A model generated the notes under the pieces. That model ran no database searches, was not told the origin of the DNA, and saw nothing but the letters and a program-made list of their open reading frames with translations. Made by a program: the position numbers and the translations under genes. A stretch of 64,000 nucleotides of DNA from Acidobacteriota bacterium (GTDB lineage Bacteria; Acidobacteriota; Thermoanaerobaculia; Multivoradales; UBA5704), in assembly GCA_040005235.1 (NCBI GenBank), contig JBDTZG010000018.1:32777-96776 (forward strand). The letters are read 5' to 3'. Below, one piece after another: positions 9,192 through 17,343 of the stretch. Numbering within the stretch: position 1 is the first letter of the stretch; each line of letters starts with the position of its first letter.

Positions 9192-12140
9192 TCAGGGCGC
9201 CACGTTTACCGCCACGACCGGTCCAATCGCGCCGAAGAATTCCACGCACTCTTGGATCATCTCGACCTGGAAGTCGTAAGTCCCTGGCGTGGAAGGGGCA
9301 ATACCGTTGATCGTCAGGGTTGCCTGCTGCCCGGGGGCGAGGGTCGTGGGGAAATCGACCCGGCCTGGGTTCCAGGCGGGGTTGCCGATTTGGGCGAGGC
9401 GGTAGGCGTTGCACTGCGCGCCGATCGGGCTCCAGGTGAGGCCGCCGACGTTCTTGACCGTTACGGTTGCGGAGTAGGGTTGCCCCGCCGTCATGCTCGT
9501 CGGCACGGTCTGGGAGAGGATCTGCGCCTGCTTGCCGCCGCTCTCCACGTTGATTGCGAGGCTGGGGCTCGTGGCGCCGAAATACTCGACGCATTCGTGC
9601 ACCATCCGCAGTTGGAAATTGAAGGTTCCCGTCGTGGAAGGGGCGGTCAAGGTGAAGCTCAACGTCGCACTTCCCCCCGCCGCGACCGGGGCGACCAGCT
9701 CGATTCGCGAGGGCTTCCAGACGGCGTCGCCGACCTGGGCTAGGCGATAGGCGTTGCACTGCGCTCCGACCGGGTTCCAACGGATTCCGCCGAGATTCTT
9801 GACCGTTGCGGTCGCTGTATATTGCTGGCCGGCGGTCATCGTCGAGGGCACGTTCAAGGCGACGAATTGCGCGTTTTTCGTGTTGTTGAGGCAGGTGCTC
9901 GGCGCGGAGTGGCACGCCTCGTTGCCGGCCGGATGGGCGACCACCTGGTAGTAGTAGGTTGCGCTGTCCGCGACCGCGCCGTCGGCGAACGAGGTCGTGC
10001 CCAGGTCGTCCGCGATCTTGGCAAATCCCGCGTTGCAGCCGGTCTCGTTGCGAAAAACATCGTAGACCAAGCCGCCGCCCGAGTTAGGCCACGTGACCGT
10101 GGTGGTGTTATCGCCGTCGGCCAGGTCGATCGTCGGCGGTGCGGGTTGGGTGCAGCCGCGAAAGCAGACGCTGGCTCCCGGGTCGGTCGCGCAGGCAATG
10201 CCGTGTCGGTCGAAGGCCGCGAACAGCTGGCACGAGTGAGGGGTGCCGTTGGCAAGGTTTCCGTCGTCGTCGTCCATCGCCCGCATGGTTTTCCACCAGG
10301 ATCCGATGTTGCACCCGTTCGAGGTGTAGGTCGGACCGGTGACGCAGGTGAAAGCGTTGGTGGCCGTCGAACGTGACAGGTACCAGAGCCTTTCGAGGAC
10401 GTTCCAGGAGCCGCTGCCGCCCGGTTTCGGCAGATCGCGGTTGGCGAAGTCCCACACCGCCTCGGTGGGGACGTTCGCTTCACAGTGAGGCTCGCCGCCG
10501 CAGGGTCCGTTCCCGGTGGTGCCGCAGCGGAGCTGGGTGTAGTTGGCGACGGTATGGGGCACCGCCGAGGCATGCCGGCCCCAGTCGATATCGCGCAGCC
10601 CCGTGCAGGACGTGCATGGATCGCCGTACGAGTCGCAGTTGGCCGGGCGAAATCCCGGGCCGACGCAGGAGTTGTGCAGCGTGAGGGCGGCGATCACGTC
10701 GGCATAGGCCTCGGTGTTTGCCGTGTCCAGGCCTGCGCCGTCGTTCTGATCGACGCCGTGGCCGAGCTCGTGAAGGATGAACCCGGGCTCCTCTCCGCTC
10801 GCGCCGCAAGAGCCCGCGAGTCCTTCGTAGAGCAGAATCCGGCTGCCGTTCCAGAAACCGTTACAGGCGCCGCTGTTGTTGACCGAGACGACCACCTGGC
10901 TGTTGAGCCAGGGATTGCCGGGCAGCCAGCCACGGACGATGTCCTTGCCTCGGTTGACGTGGTAGAAGCTGGTCCGCGCGGCCCGAGTGTTGCCCGTTCC
11001 GCCGAAGCCCGGCGTCGCGCAGTTGCCATCGGTCGTCGTGCCGAAGGGAAGGTCGCCTGCGGGGTTCGAGTTGAGCAAGATTCCGCCGCACGTTTCGGCG
11101 ATGCCTACGAACAGGCCGTTGAACGTCGAGCTGACCGGCGATCCGCTATAGGTGTAGGTACCGGCCGAGTTCGCGCTCTGGCCGCCGCCGAGATCGATGA
11201 AAGGCATCGGCCGGAGGATTTCCGCTCCGGCGCCCGAATCGGGAGCCACGCCGCCGGTCGCCCCGGCGTCGAGATCGGTGTTGAGGAATTCGACGATCTC
11301 CCCTGTCGTGGCGTCGATCCGAGCGCGCCAGGTGCCGATCACCCCTTTGCGGCGAAACGAGATCTGCCAGACCGTCTCCAGGCCGTACCCTCGGGCGAAG
11401 TCGAAGCCTTCGGCGAAACGGTCGTCGCGCACCGCGATCGGCAGCAGATGGAGCGAGCCGCGATCGACCAAGCGATCGACCGCCGCGTCGAACTTGCCGA
11501 CATAGGCCGAGAGCTTGGCGTAGGCTTGAGCGCGAGTCACCCGGACCGGCGGTGCCTCGGCAAGGGCCGACGGCAGCCGTTCGCTGCCCATCTGGATCAG
11601 GTTGCCGTGGCCGACGCGAAAGACGATTCGCGCCCCTTCGACGGCGAGGTCGCCTCGCATCACGTCGAAATCGATCTGTGTTAGTGAATCCGAAGCCGGT
11701 CCGGAGCGACCGGGGTTGAGACGAAGGTCCTTTCCGTCGGTCCCGAAAAGGCCCGGATGATCGGCGAGGAATCGGCGTGCGACACCTTCGAGGCTCGGCA
11801 AATCTGCGGTTTTTCCCACTCCGCGAGCCCAGGGGATGCCCGCCCCCTCGGCCGACTCGACGAAACCGTTGTGGGCATCGAGGTAGGCGTTCCAATCTCC
11901 GTGGTCGAGCTGGAACGCGTTCCAGGCGCGATCGAGATTGGAGGAGAGGGCGGCGCGTCGATCGGCGAGCGGCACGAGCGACTCGCGAGGCTCGAAACGT
12001 TGGTCTCCGCGCGCGAGCGCAACGAAAGGGCTGTTCGGTTCGAGTGGCGCCTGCGCGAGCGTCGCGCCGGAGAATGCGAGCCCGATCATTCCCAGCACGA
12101 ACGGGCGAAAGTGGGAAAAGGCACCGAGCCGGGGTCGCAT
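9192..12140 (-). CDS. Secreted zinc metallopeptidase (M36/M4-like) with propeptide, FN3-like domain and two Ig-like (NBR1-Ig-like) C-terminal domains
   Basis: Signal peptide; FTP/PepSY-like region (ARIDATTGEI); HELGH plus a downstream E (NTEAYAD); DDDDGNLANGTPH; duplicated C-terminal domains. Confidence 0.8.
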   Translation of the reverse strand: MRPRLGAFSHFRPFVLGMIGLAFSGATLAQAPLEPNSPFVALARGDQRFEPRESLVPLADRRAALSSNLDRAWNAFQLDHGDWNAYLDAHNGFVESAEGAGIPWARGVGKTADLPSLEGVARRFLADHPGLFGTDGKDLRLNPGRSGPASDSLTQIDFDVMRGDLAVEGARIVFRVGHGNLIQMGSERLPSALAEAPPVRVTRAQAYAKLSAYVGKFDAAVDRLVDRGSLHLLPIAVRDDRFAEGFDFARGYGLETVWQISFRRKGVIGTWRARIDATTGEIVEFLNTDLDAGATGGVAPDSGAGAEILRPMPFIDLGGGQSANSAGTYTYSGSPVSSTFNGLFVGIAETCGGILLNSNPAGDLPFGTTTDGNCATPGFGGTGNTRAARTSFYHVNRGKDIVRGWLPGNPWLNSQVVVSVNNSGACNGFWNGSRILLYEGLAGSCGASGEEPGFILHELGHGVDQNDGAGLDTANTEAYADVIAALTLHNSCVGPGFRPANCDSYGDPCTSCTGLRDIDWGRHASAVPHTVANYTQLRCGTTGNGPCGGEPHCEANVPTEAVWDFANRDLPKPGGSGSWNVLERLWYLSRSTATNAFTCVTGPTYTSNGCNIGSWWKTMRAMDDDDGNLANGTPHSCQLFAAFDRHGIACATDPGASVCFRGCTQPAPPTIDLADGDNTTTVTWPNSGGGLVYDVFRNETGCNAGFAKIADDLGTTSFADGAVADSATYYYQVVAHPAGNEACHSAPSTCLNNTKNAQFVALNVPSTMTAGQQYTATATVKNLGGIRWNPVGAQCNAYRLAQVGDAVWKPSRIELVAPVAAGGSATLSFTLTAPSTTGTFNFQLRMVHECVEYFGATSPSLAINVESGGKQAQILSQTVPTSMTAGQPYSATVTVKNVGGLTWSPIGAQCNAYRLAQIGNPAWNPGRVDFPTTLAPGQQATLTINGIAPSTPGTYDFQVEMIQECVEFFGAIGPVVAVNVAP

Positions 12141-12321
12141 GAGTCTCTCCGTGGTGTCCGGTACTCAGCCGAAGCCGACCGTGACAAAAGCCCATTTGTG
12201 CAAGACGAAGACCAGACCCGGAGGAGGACGTAGGCCCTGGGAACTTCGCTTCTATGGAAGGTGAGTCGGCAAGAAGTGCCGATTTGATATTCAGTAGCGG
12301 GCCGAACCCCGGCCAGATGTT

Positions 12322-13932
12322 TCAGTCCGCCACGACCACCCGGTCCCGCCCTTCCTGCTTTGCGCGGTATAGCGCGCGATCGGCGGCGGCGACCCATGGA
12401 GCGGGCGAGGGCTCTCCCGCGGGGATTACGCTCGCGACCCCCACCGAAAGGGTGACCATCGGCTTGACCGTCGAGCTGGGATGGTCGATCGCGAGCCCGG
12501 CGAGCCGCTCGCGGGCCTGCTCGGCGAGCAGCGCGGCTCCGGCGAGGTTGGTGCCGCTCAAGATCACCAGGAACTCCTCGCCGCCGTAGCGGGCGACCAG
12601 GTCGCCCGGGCGCTGCACCGAGTCGCGGAGGACGCCCGCGATGCGTTGGAGACACCGGTCGCCCGCGATGTGCCCCAGGCTGTCGTTGTAGGCCTTGAAG
12701 CAATCGACATCGCAGAGGAGCAGCGACAGCGGCTCCCCGGTCCGGGCGAGCCGGCGCCATTCGAGGTCGAGCGCCTCTTCGAGCCGGCGGCGGTTCGCGA
12801 CTCCGGTGAGCGGATCGATTTGCGATATCTGTTGGAGCGTTCGATTGGCGCTCTGCAGATGCCGGTTGGCCTCTTCGAGCTGGCTCTTGGTCACCGAGAT
12901 CTGCTCGTTCAGCAGCGCCATCTCGATCGCCCCGGCCACCTGGTCCGCGACCAGATCGAGCAGGCGCTGGTTTTCGACCGAAAACGCCTCCGGATCGTCG
13001 TTTTCAAGGTTGAAGGCGCCGAGCGTGCGGTCGCCGAAGCGGATCGGCGAGACGTATTCGGCTTTGACGTCGAAGGAGACCGCCCGATAGTCGGGATCGT
13101 CCGCGACATCGCGCACCAGCTGGGGCCGGCCGAGCCGGATCGCGCGGCCGACGATCCCGGCGTCGATCGCCCAGGTTTCGCGATCCGAAACGTCGATCGG
13201 CGTGCGCGTCGCCACCGCGTGGTACGACCATTCCACCTCGGACGCCGCAGCGACCACGATGTCGACCAGCAGGAAATCGAAGCGGCGCTGAATGTAGGTC
13301 GCAATGCGGTGGAGGATGGTGCGCAGGTCGGCGCCGCCGAGCGCGGCGCGCGAGACCTCGGTCAGTACCTCGAAATGGAGCGCCCGTTGGCGGGTCGCCT
13401 CGAACAGGCGCGCGCTCGCGATGGCGCCGGAGATCTGATCGGCGATCGCCTCAACGGTCGGCAGGTGCCGGGAAAAGGCGGCCGGCCGCGGGCTTTCCAG
13501 GTTGAGCACAGCGACCACCACGCCGCGATGGCGGATCGGCGCGCACAGCTCCGAGCGGGTCCCGGGGAAGATCTCGACGAAGTCGGGGTGTTCGGCGGAG
13601 TCGTCGATCAACAGGGTGCGGCCGGTCACCGCGACCTCGCCCACCACGCCGCTGCCGAAGGGCCGGCCGTAGCCGGGGCGGACGTCGGTCGCCACCGAGC
13701 TGGTGATCGCCTCGCAGACGAAGCCTTGGCGCTCCTGATCGAGGCTGATCAGGGCGACCAGCTCCCAGCCGAACGCCGCGGCGAGCGCGTCGGTCACCCG
13801 CTGGAGCATCGGGCGCAGCTCCAGATCCTCGGTCGCGATCCGTGCGATCGCGGCCAGCGCGGCCAGCTCGCGATCGACCGTCGGCGCGGGGGGAGGACCG
13901 CCTCCCCGACTTCTGCCCCGTTTTTCCGGCAT
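12322..13932 (-). CDS. GAF-GAF diguanylate cyclase
   Basis: Two GAF domains (G.VG.VA/GIVGRA, SELCAPI, LNLES/FNLEN), a coiled coil, DPLTG, RYGGEEF and an RPGD I-site. Confidence 0.92.
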   Translation of the reverse strand: MPEKRGRSRGGGPPPAPTVDRELAALAAIARIATEDLELRPMLQRVTDALAAAFGWELVALISLDQERQGFVCEAITSSVATDVRPGYGRPFGSGVVGEVAVTGRTLLIDDSAEHPDFVEIFPGTRSELCAPIRHRGVVVAVLNLESPRPAAFSRHLPTVEAIADQISGAIASARLFEATRQRALHFEVLTEVSRAALGGADLRTILHRIATYIQRRFDFLLVDIVVAAASEVEWSYHAVATRTPIDVSDRETWAIDAGIVGRAIRLGRPQLVRDVADDPDYRAVSFDVKAEYVSPIRFGDRTLGAFNLENDDPEAFSVENQRLLDLVADQVAGAIEMALLNEQISVTKSQLEEANRHLQSANRTLQQISQIDPLTGVANRRRLEEALDLEWRRLARTGEPLSLLLCDVDCFKAYNDSLGHIAGDRCLQRIAGVLRDSVQRPGDLVARYGGEEFLVILSGTNLAGAALLAEQARERLAGLAIDHPSSTVKPMVTLSVGVASVIPAGEPSPAPWVAAADRALYRAKQEGRDRVVVAD

Positions 13933-14050
13933 GTCTCGATCTTACCCGGGGTGGAAGGCGAAGGGGAGGGGCATGCCGGCCGCGAAAAAGTACGCCCCGA
14001 CCTCTGCCATACTTTCGGCCTCGACTTTCTTTGCTCCCGAAAGGACCGCC

Positions 14051-15217
14051 ATGAGCTCTACCGAACCCGCAAATCCAGCCGACTCTTCGAGATCGGAACG
14101 CTGGTACGACCTTGGGCCGGTCGAGGAGCTGAAATCCAAACCGCTCCAGCAGATCGTGATCGGCCGGACCAAGATCGCCCTGTCGTTTCAAAACGGCGCG
14201 TTCGGGGCGGTCTCGGGCGCCTGCAATCACGTCGGCGGGCCGCTCGGCGAAGGGCATCTGGATGGCGAATATGTCGTCTGCCCGTGGCACCACTGGAAAT
14301 TCCATCGAACGACCGGCGAAGGGGAGCCGGGGTTCGAGTCCGATTGCGTGCCGCGCTACTCGCTCCGCGAAGAGGAGGGCCGCCTCTGGGTCGACCTGCA
14401 ACCCGCGACGAGGCGGCACAAGGCGGCGCACGATCCACATCCCCTCACCCGGCCGGTCGAGCGCGAGGTCGGGCCGATCCGCGTGCTCGGTATCGCGACG
14501 ACCGTGATGGACAACGCCTATCCCCGCTACTCGACTTCGGACGAGCTGCTCGAAACGGCGCTCCATCACGCCGGGTCCCACGGCGCGGTCACCCGTTTGA
14601 TCCGCCTGCGCGAGCTGGAGTTCCGGGCCTGCGAGGGGTACTACTCGAAAAGCTCCCACGCCTGCACCTGGCCCTGTTCGATTACCCAGATGGACCCGGA
14701 AGACCAGCTCGACCAGGTCTACGAGGGGCTCGTCCATTGGGCCGACGTGGTGCTCGTCTCCACCCCGATCCGCTGGGGCTCGGCCAGCTCGCTCTATTAC
14801 AAGATGGTCGAGCGGATGAACTGTGTGCAAAACCAGGTGACGCTGTCGAACCGGGTGCTGCTGCGCAACAAGGTCGCGGGCTTCATCATCACCGGCGGCC
14901 AGGACAACATCCAGGCGGTCGCCGGCCAAATGCTCGGTTTCTTCGCCGAGATCGGCTGCGTCTTCCCGCAGTTTCCCTACATTGCCCACTCGCGCGGCTG
15001 GACCGCCGAGGACATGGAAAAGAACGTCGCCTTCGTCAAGAAAAGCACGGAGCTGCACGACGCCGCGCGCGAGCTGGCCGAACGCTCGCTCTCCATGGCC
15101 GAAGCCCTGGTCACCCACACGATCGAAGGCGACCACATGGTGCGCGCCGGACGGAAAGGGTTCTCGCGCGAAGGAATCGAGACGCCCGTAGCGATCGCGG
15201 CCGCGGCGGAAAGCTGA
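14051..15217 (+). CDS. Rieske [2Fe-2S] domain fused to an iron-sulfur flavoprotein/NAD(P)H-FMN reductase domain
   Basis: CNH...CPWH Rieske motif; C-terminal flavodoxin-like domain (ACEGYYSK...CTWPC, STPIRWG, GGQD). Confidence 0.85.
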   Translation: MSSTEPANPADSSRSERWYDLGPVEELKSKPLQQIVIGRTKIALSFQNGAFGAVSGACNHVGGPLGEGHLDGEYVVCPWHHWKFHRTTGEGEPGFESDCVPRYSLREEEGRLWVDLQPATRRHKAAHDPHPLTRPVEREVGPIRVLGIATTVMDNAYPRYSTSDELLETALHHAGSHGAVTRLIRLRELEFRACEGYYSKSSHACTWPCSITQMDPEDQLDQVYEGLVHWADVVLVSTPIRWGSASSLYYKMVERMNCVQNQVTLSNRVLLRNKVAGFIITGGQDNIQAVAGQMLGFFAEIGCVFPQFPYIAHSRGWTAEDMEKNVAFVKKSTELHDAARELAERSLSMAEALVTHTIEGDHMVRAGRKGFSREGIETPVAIAAAAES

Positions 15218-15219
15218 GC

Positions 15220-16473
15220 ATGCGGCGCTTCGCCCTCGCGGCCTCTCTGCTGCTCGCGGGTTGTTTTGAGGGAACCGCGCTTGGCGCTCAGGCGCCGCGT
15301 CGGCCGTTCCCGCAACACACGGCGTATGCCGCGGGATCGATCCTTCCCGGCAATCATTCGCGGTCGGAGCTGGATGCGGCGGCCTTGGCGTTTTATCGGC
15401 TATGGAAGGCGCGTTACCTCGTTGCCGGCTGCGGCGCGGGGCGCTATTACGTGGCGGTCAACGCCGACGGCAAATTTCCCGACCCGGAGGTGCTCTCGAT
15501 CTCCGAAGGGCACGGCTACGGCATGCTGCTCACCGCGGCCTTCGCCGGAGCCGACCCGGACGCCAAGGCGATCTTCGACGGCCTCTATCGCTATTTCCGC
15601 GACCATCCGAGCGACCGAAATCCCAACGTGATGGCCTGGAAGCAGCTAGCCGATTGCGAGGACGCCCCGGACGGCCAAGACACGGCGACCGACGGCGATC
15701 TCGACGTTGGCTACGCCCTTCTGCTCGCCGACCGGCAGTGGGGAAGCGCCGGGCCGATCAACTATCTGGCCGAAGCGCGAAAGGTGATCCGGGCGATCCG
15801 CGCCGTCGAGCTCCATCCGGCCGACGCGACGATCCAGCTCGGCAGTTGGGTCTCGACCGATCAACCGCGCCATTTCAACTCGACCCGCACGTCGGACTTT
15901 CTGCCCGGCCATTTCAAGGCGTTCCGTTTCGCCACGGGAGACGCCCGTTGGGCGACCGCCGCCAATCGCGTCTACGCCCTGGTGCAGCGGATGCAGTCGG
16001 TTTACTCGCGCGGAACCGGCCTGCTCCCCGACTTCATCGAGCGAACGAACGCCGCGCCCCGTCCGGCGAGCCCCGGCTTCCTCGAAGGCCCGAACGACGG
16101 CGCCTACTACTACAACGCCTGCCGAGACCCCTGGCGCCTCGGCCTCGACGCCCTGCTCTCAGGAGACACCCGTGGCCGCACGGCGGTCCGGAAGATCTCC
16201 GCCTTCCTCCGCACCCACGCCGCGGGCGACCCCGAACGGCTGCGCGCCGGTTTCCGCCTCGACGGCAGCGATCTGCCCGGCAACGACTACACCGACCTCT
16301 CCTTCCTCGCCCCGGCCACCGTCGGCGCCCTGCTCGAACCCGAGCACCCAGAATGGCTCGAAGGTCTCTGGGACGAGGTCGTCGGCACCCCGATCGACGA
16401 AGCGGATTACTACGGCAACACGCTCAAAGCGCTCGCCCTGCTCGCCGTTTCGGGCAACGCGTGGCGGCCGTAG
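15220..16473 (+). CDS. Glycoside hydrolase family 8 (endoglucanase/chitosanase/licheninase-like), secreted
   Basis: ISEGHGYGM, ATDGDLD, R.SDF and YYYNACR.PWR motifs; signal peptide with a possible lipobox (LAGC). Confidence 0.9.
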   Translation: MRRFALAASLLLAGCFEGTALGAQAPRRPFPQHTAYAAGSILPGNHSRSELDAAALAFYRLWKARYLVAGCGAGRYYVAVNADGKFPDPEVLSISEGHGYGMLLTAAFAGADPDAKAIFDGLYRYFRDHPSDRNPNVMAWKQLADCEDAPDGQDTATDGDLDVGYALLLADRQWGSAGPINYLAEARKVIRAIRAVELHPADATIQLGSWVSTDQPRHFNSTRTSDFLPGHFKAFRFATGDARWATAANRVYALVQRMQSVYSRGTGLLPDFIERTNAAPRPASPGFLEGPNDGAYYYNACRDPWRLGLDALLSGDTRGRTAVRKISAFLRTHAAGDPERLRAGFRLDGSDLPGNDYTDLSFLAPATVGALLEPEHPEWLEGLWDEVVGTPIDEADYYGNTLKALALLAVSGNAWRP

Positions 16474-16512
16474 CGCGGGGGCAAAATCAAAATCCCCGCC
16501 GCTCAATGGATC

Positions 16513-16785
16513 GAGATCACGGAGACGCGGCCCTAAGCCGCACAGAAATTCGCTGACGCGGCCGAGAAAATCGCTGAGGCCACCCGGCCAAACGGTAAAG
16601 TCACCGGGCCAATCCCTGAAGCCGCAGAGCGAAACGGTGAAGCCGCCGAAAAATTCGCCTAAGCCACTCAGAAAATGGGTGAAGCCACTCAGAAAATCAC
16701 TGGGGCCACACAGAAAATCACTGAAGCCACTGAGAAATTCGCTGAAGTCCCCTAGAAAACTCCTGAGGTCACGCAGAGTGGTCAA
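16513..16785 (+). repeat. Tandem array of about 13 degenerate 21-bp units (consensus GAAGCCACNCAGAAAWTCRCT)
   Basis: Exact 21-bp register, e.g. gaagccactcagaaaatcact / ggggccacacagaaaatcact / gaagccactgagaaattcgct. Confidence 0.9.
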
Positions 16786-16821
16786 TTTCTCGGTGGCGCG
16801 ACCGGATGATTGGACCCTTTC

Positions 16822-17117
16822 GGTGAATTATCCGGTGGCTTCATCGAATTTCTGTGTGGTTTCAGCCATCCTCCGGGGAAGTTGAACGACGTGTTGTGTA
16901 GTTTCGGTGCTCCGTTACGTGGCTTGGGCAACCGTTTGAGTGGCTTCAGTGATTTTCTGGGTGACTTCAGCGAATTTCTGGGTGGTTTCGCCCGCTGCGA
17001 CCGTGGTTTTGGGGCAATTTGAGGTGCTTCGTGGCGCTTTGCGGGGCTTGGTTGCCTAACGCTGCGTGGTTTCGCGGGATTTCCTGCGTGGCTTCGCGGG
17101 AAGTCCCGCGTGGCTTG
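16822..17117 (-). repeat. Second array of about 14 units of the same 21-bp repeat in inverted orientation
   Basis: Reverse complement gives gaagtcacccagaaaatcact, gaaaccacccagaaattcgct and gaaaccacacagaaattcgat; the distal units are 20-22 bp. Confidence 0.85.
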
Positions 17118-17343
17118 GCCCCTTCGGTAGCGGGTTTTGGGAGGCTGGCCGGAGTGACGGAGACGGCGCTGGGATTTGTGCGGCGGTTTGTGTAGCGGCC
17201 GGACTGCGTCCGTCTTATCTTCCAAAAGAACCGGGCTCCTGTCGAGCTGAGGATCCCGCGGATAGGGCAATTCTTGCCTGGGGTAGCGTAAACTCTAGGG
17301 CACAGTTCGAATCCAACGCGGGATTGCGCCCAGCCAACCGGGC

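Noticed and set aside
12481-16473. 1330-aa ORF as one giant protein
   Set aside because: Only the part from 15220 is GH8; the rest is antisense to the GGDEF gene or out of frame with the Rieske gene.
16513-17117. CRISPR array or other repeat-spacer array
   Set aside because: Units are contiguous degenerate 21-mers with no invariant repeat or unique spacer, and there are no cas genes in the window.
16159-17270. ORFs 16159..16785(-), 16172..16885(+) and 16782..17270(-) as real genes
   Set aside because: They are translations of the repeat arrays, partly overlap the GH8 gene, and lack convincing starts; not called, though not strictly excluded.
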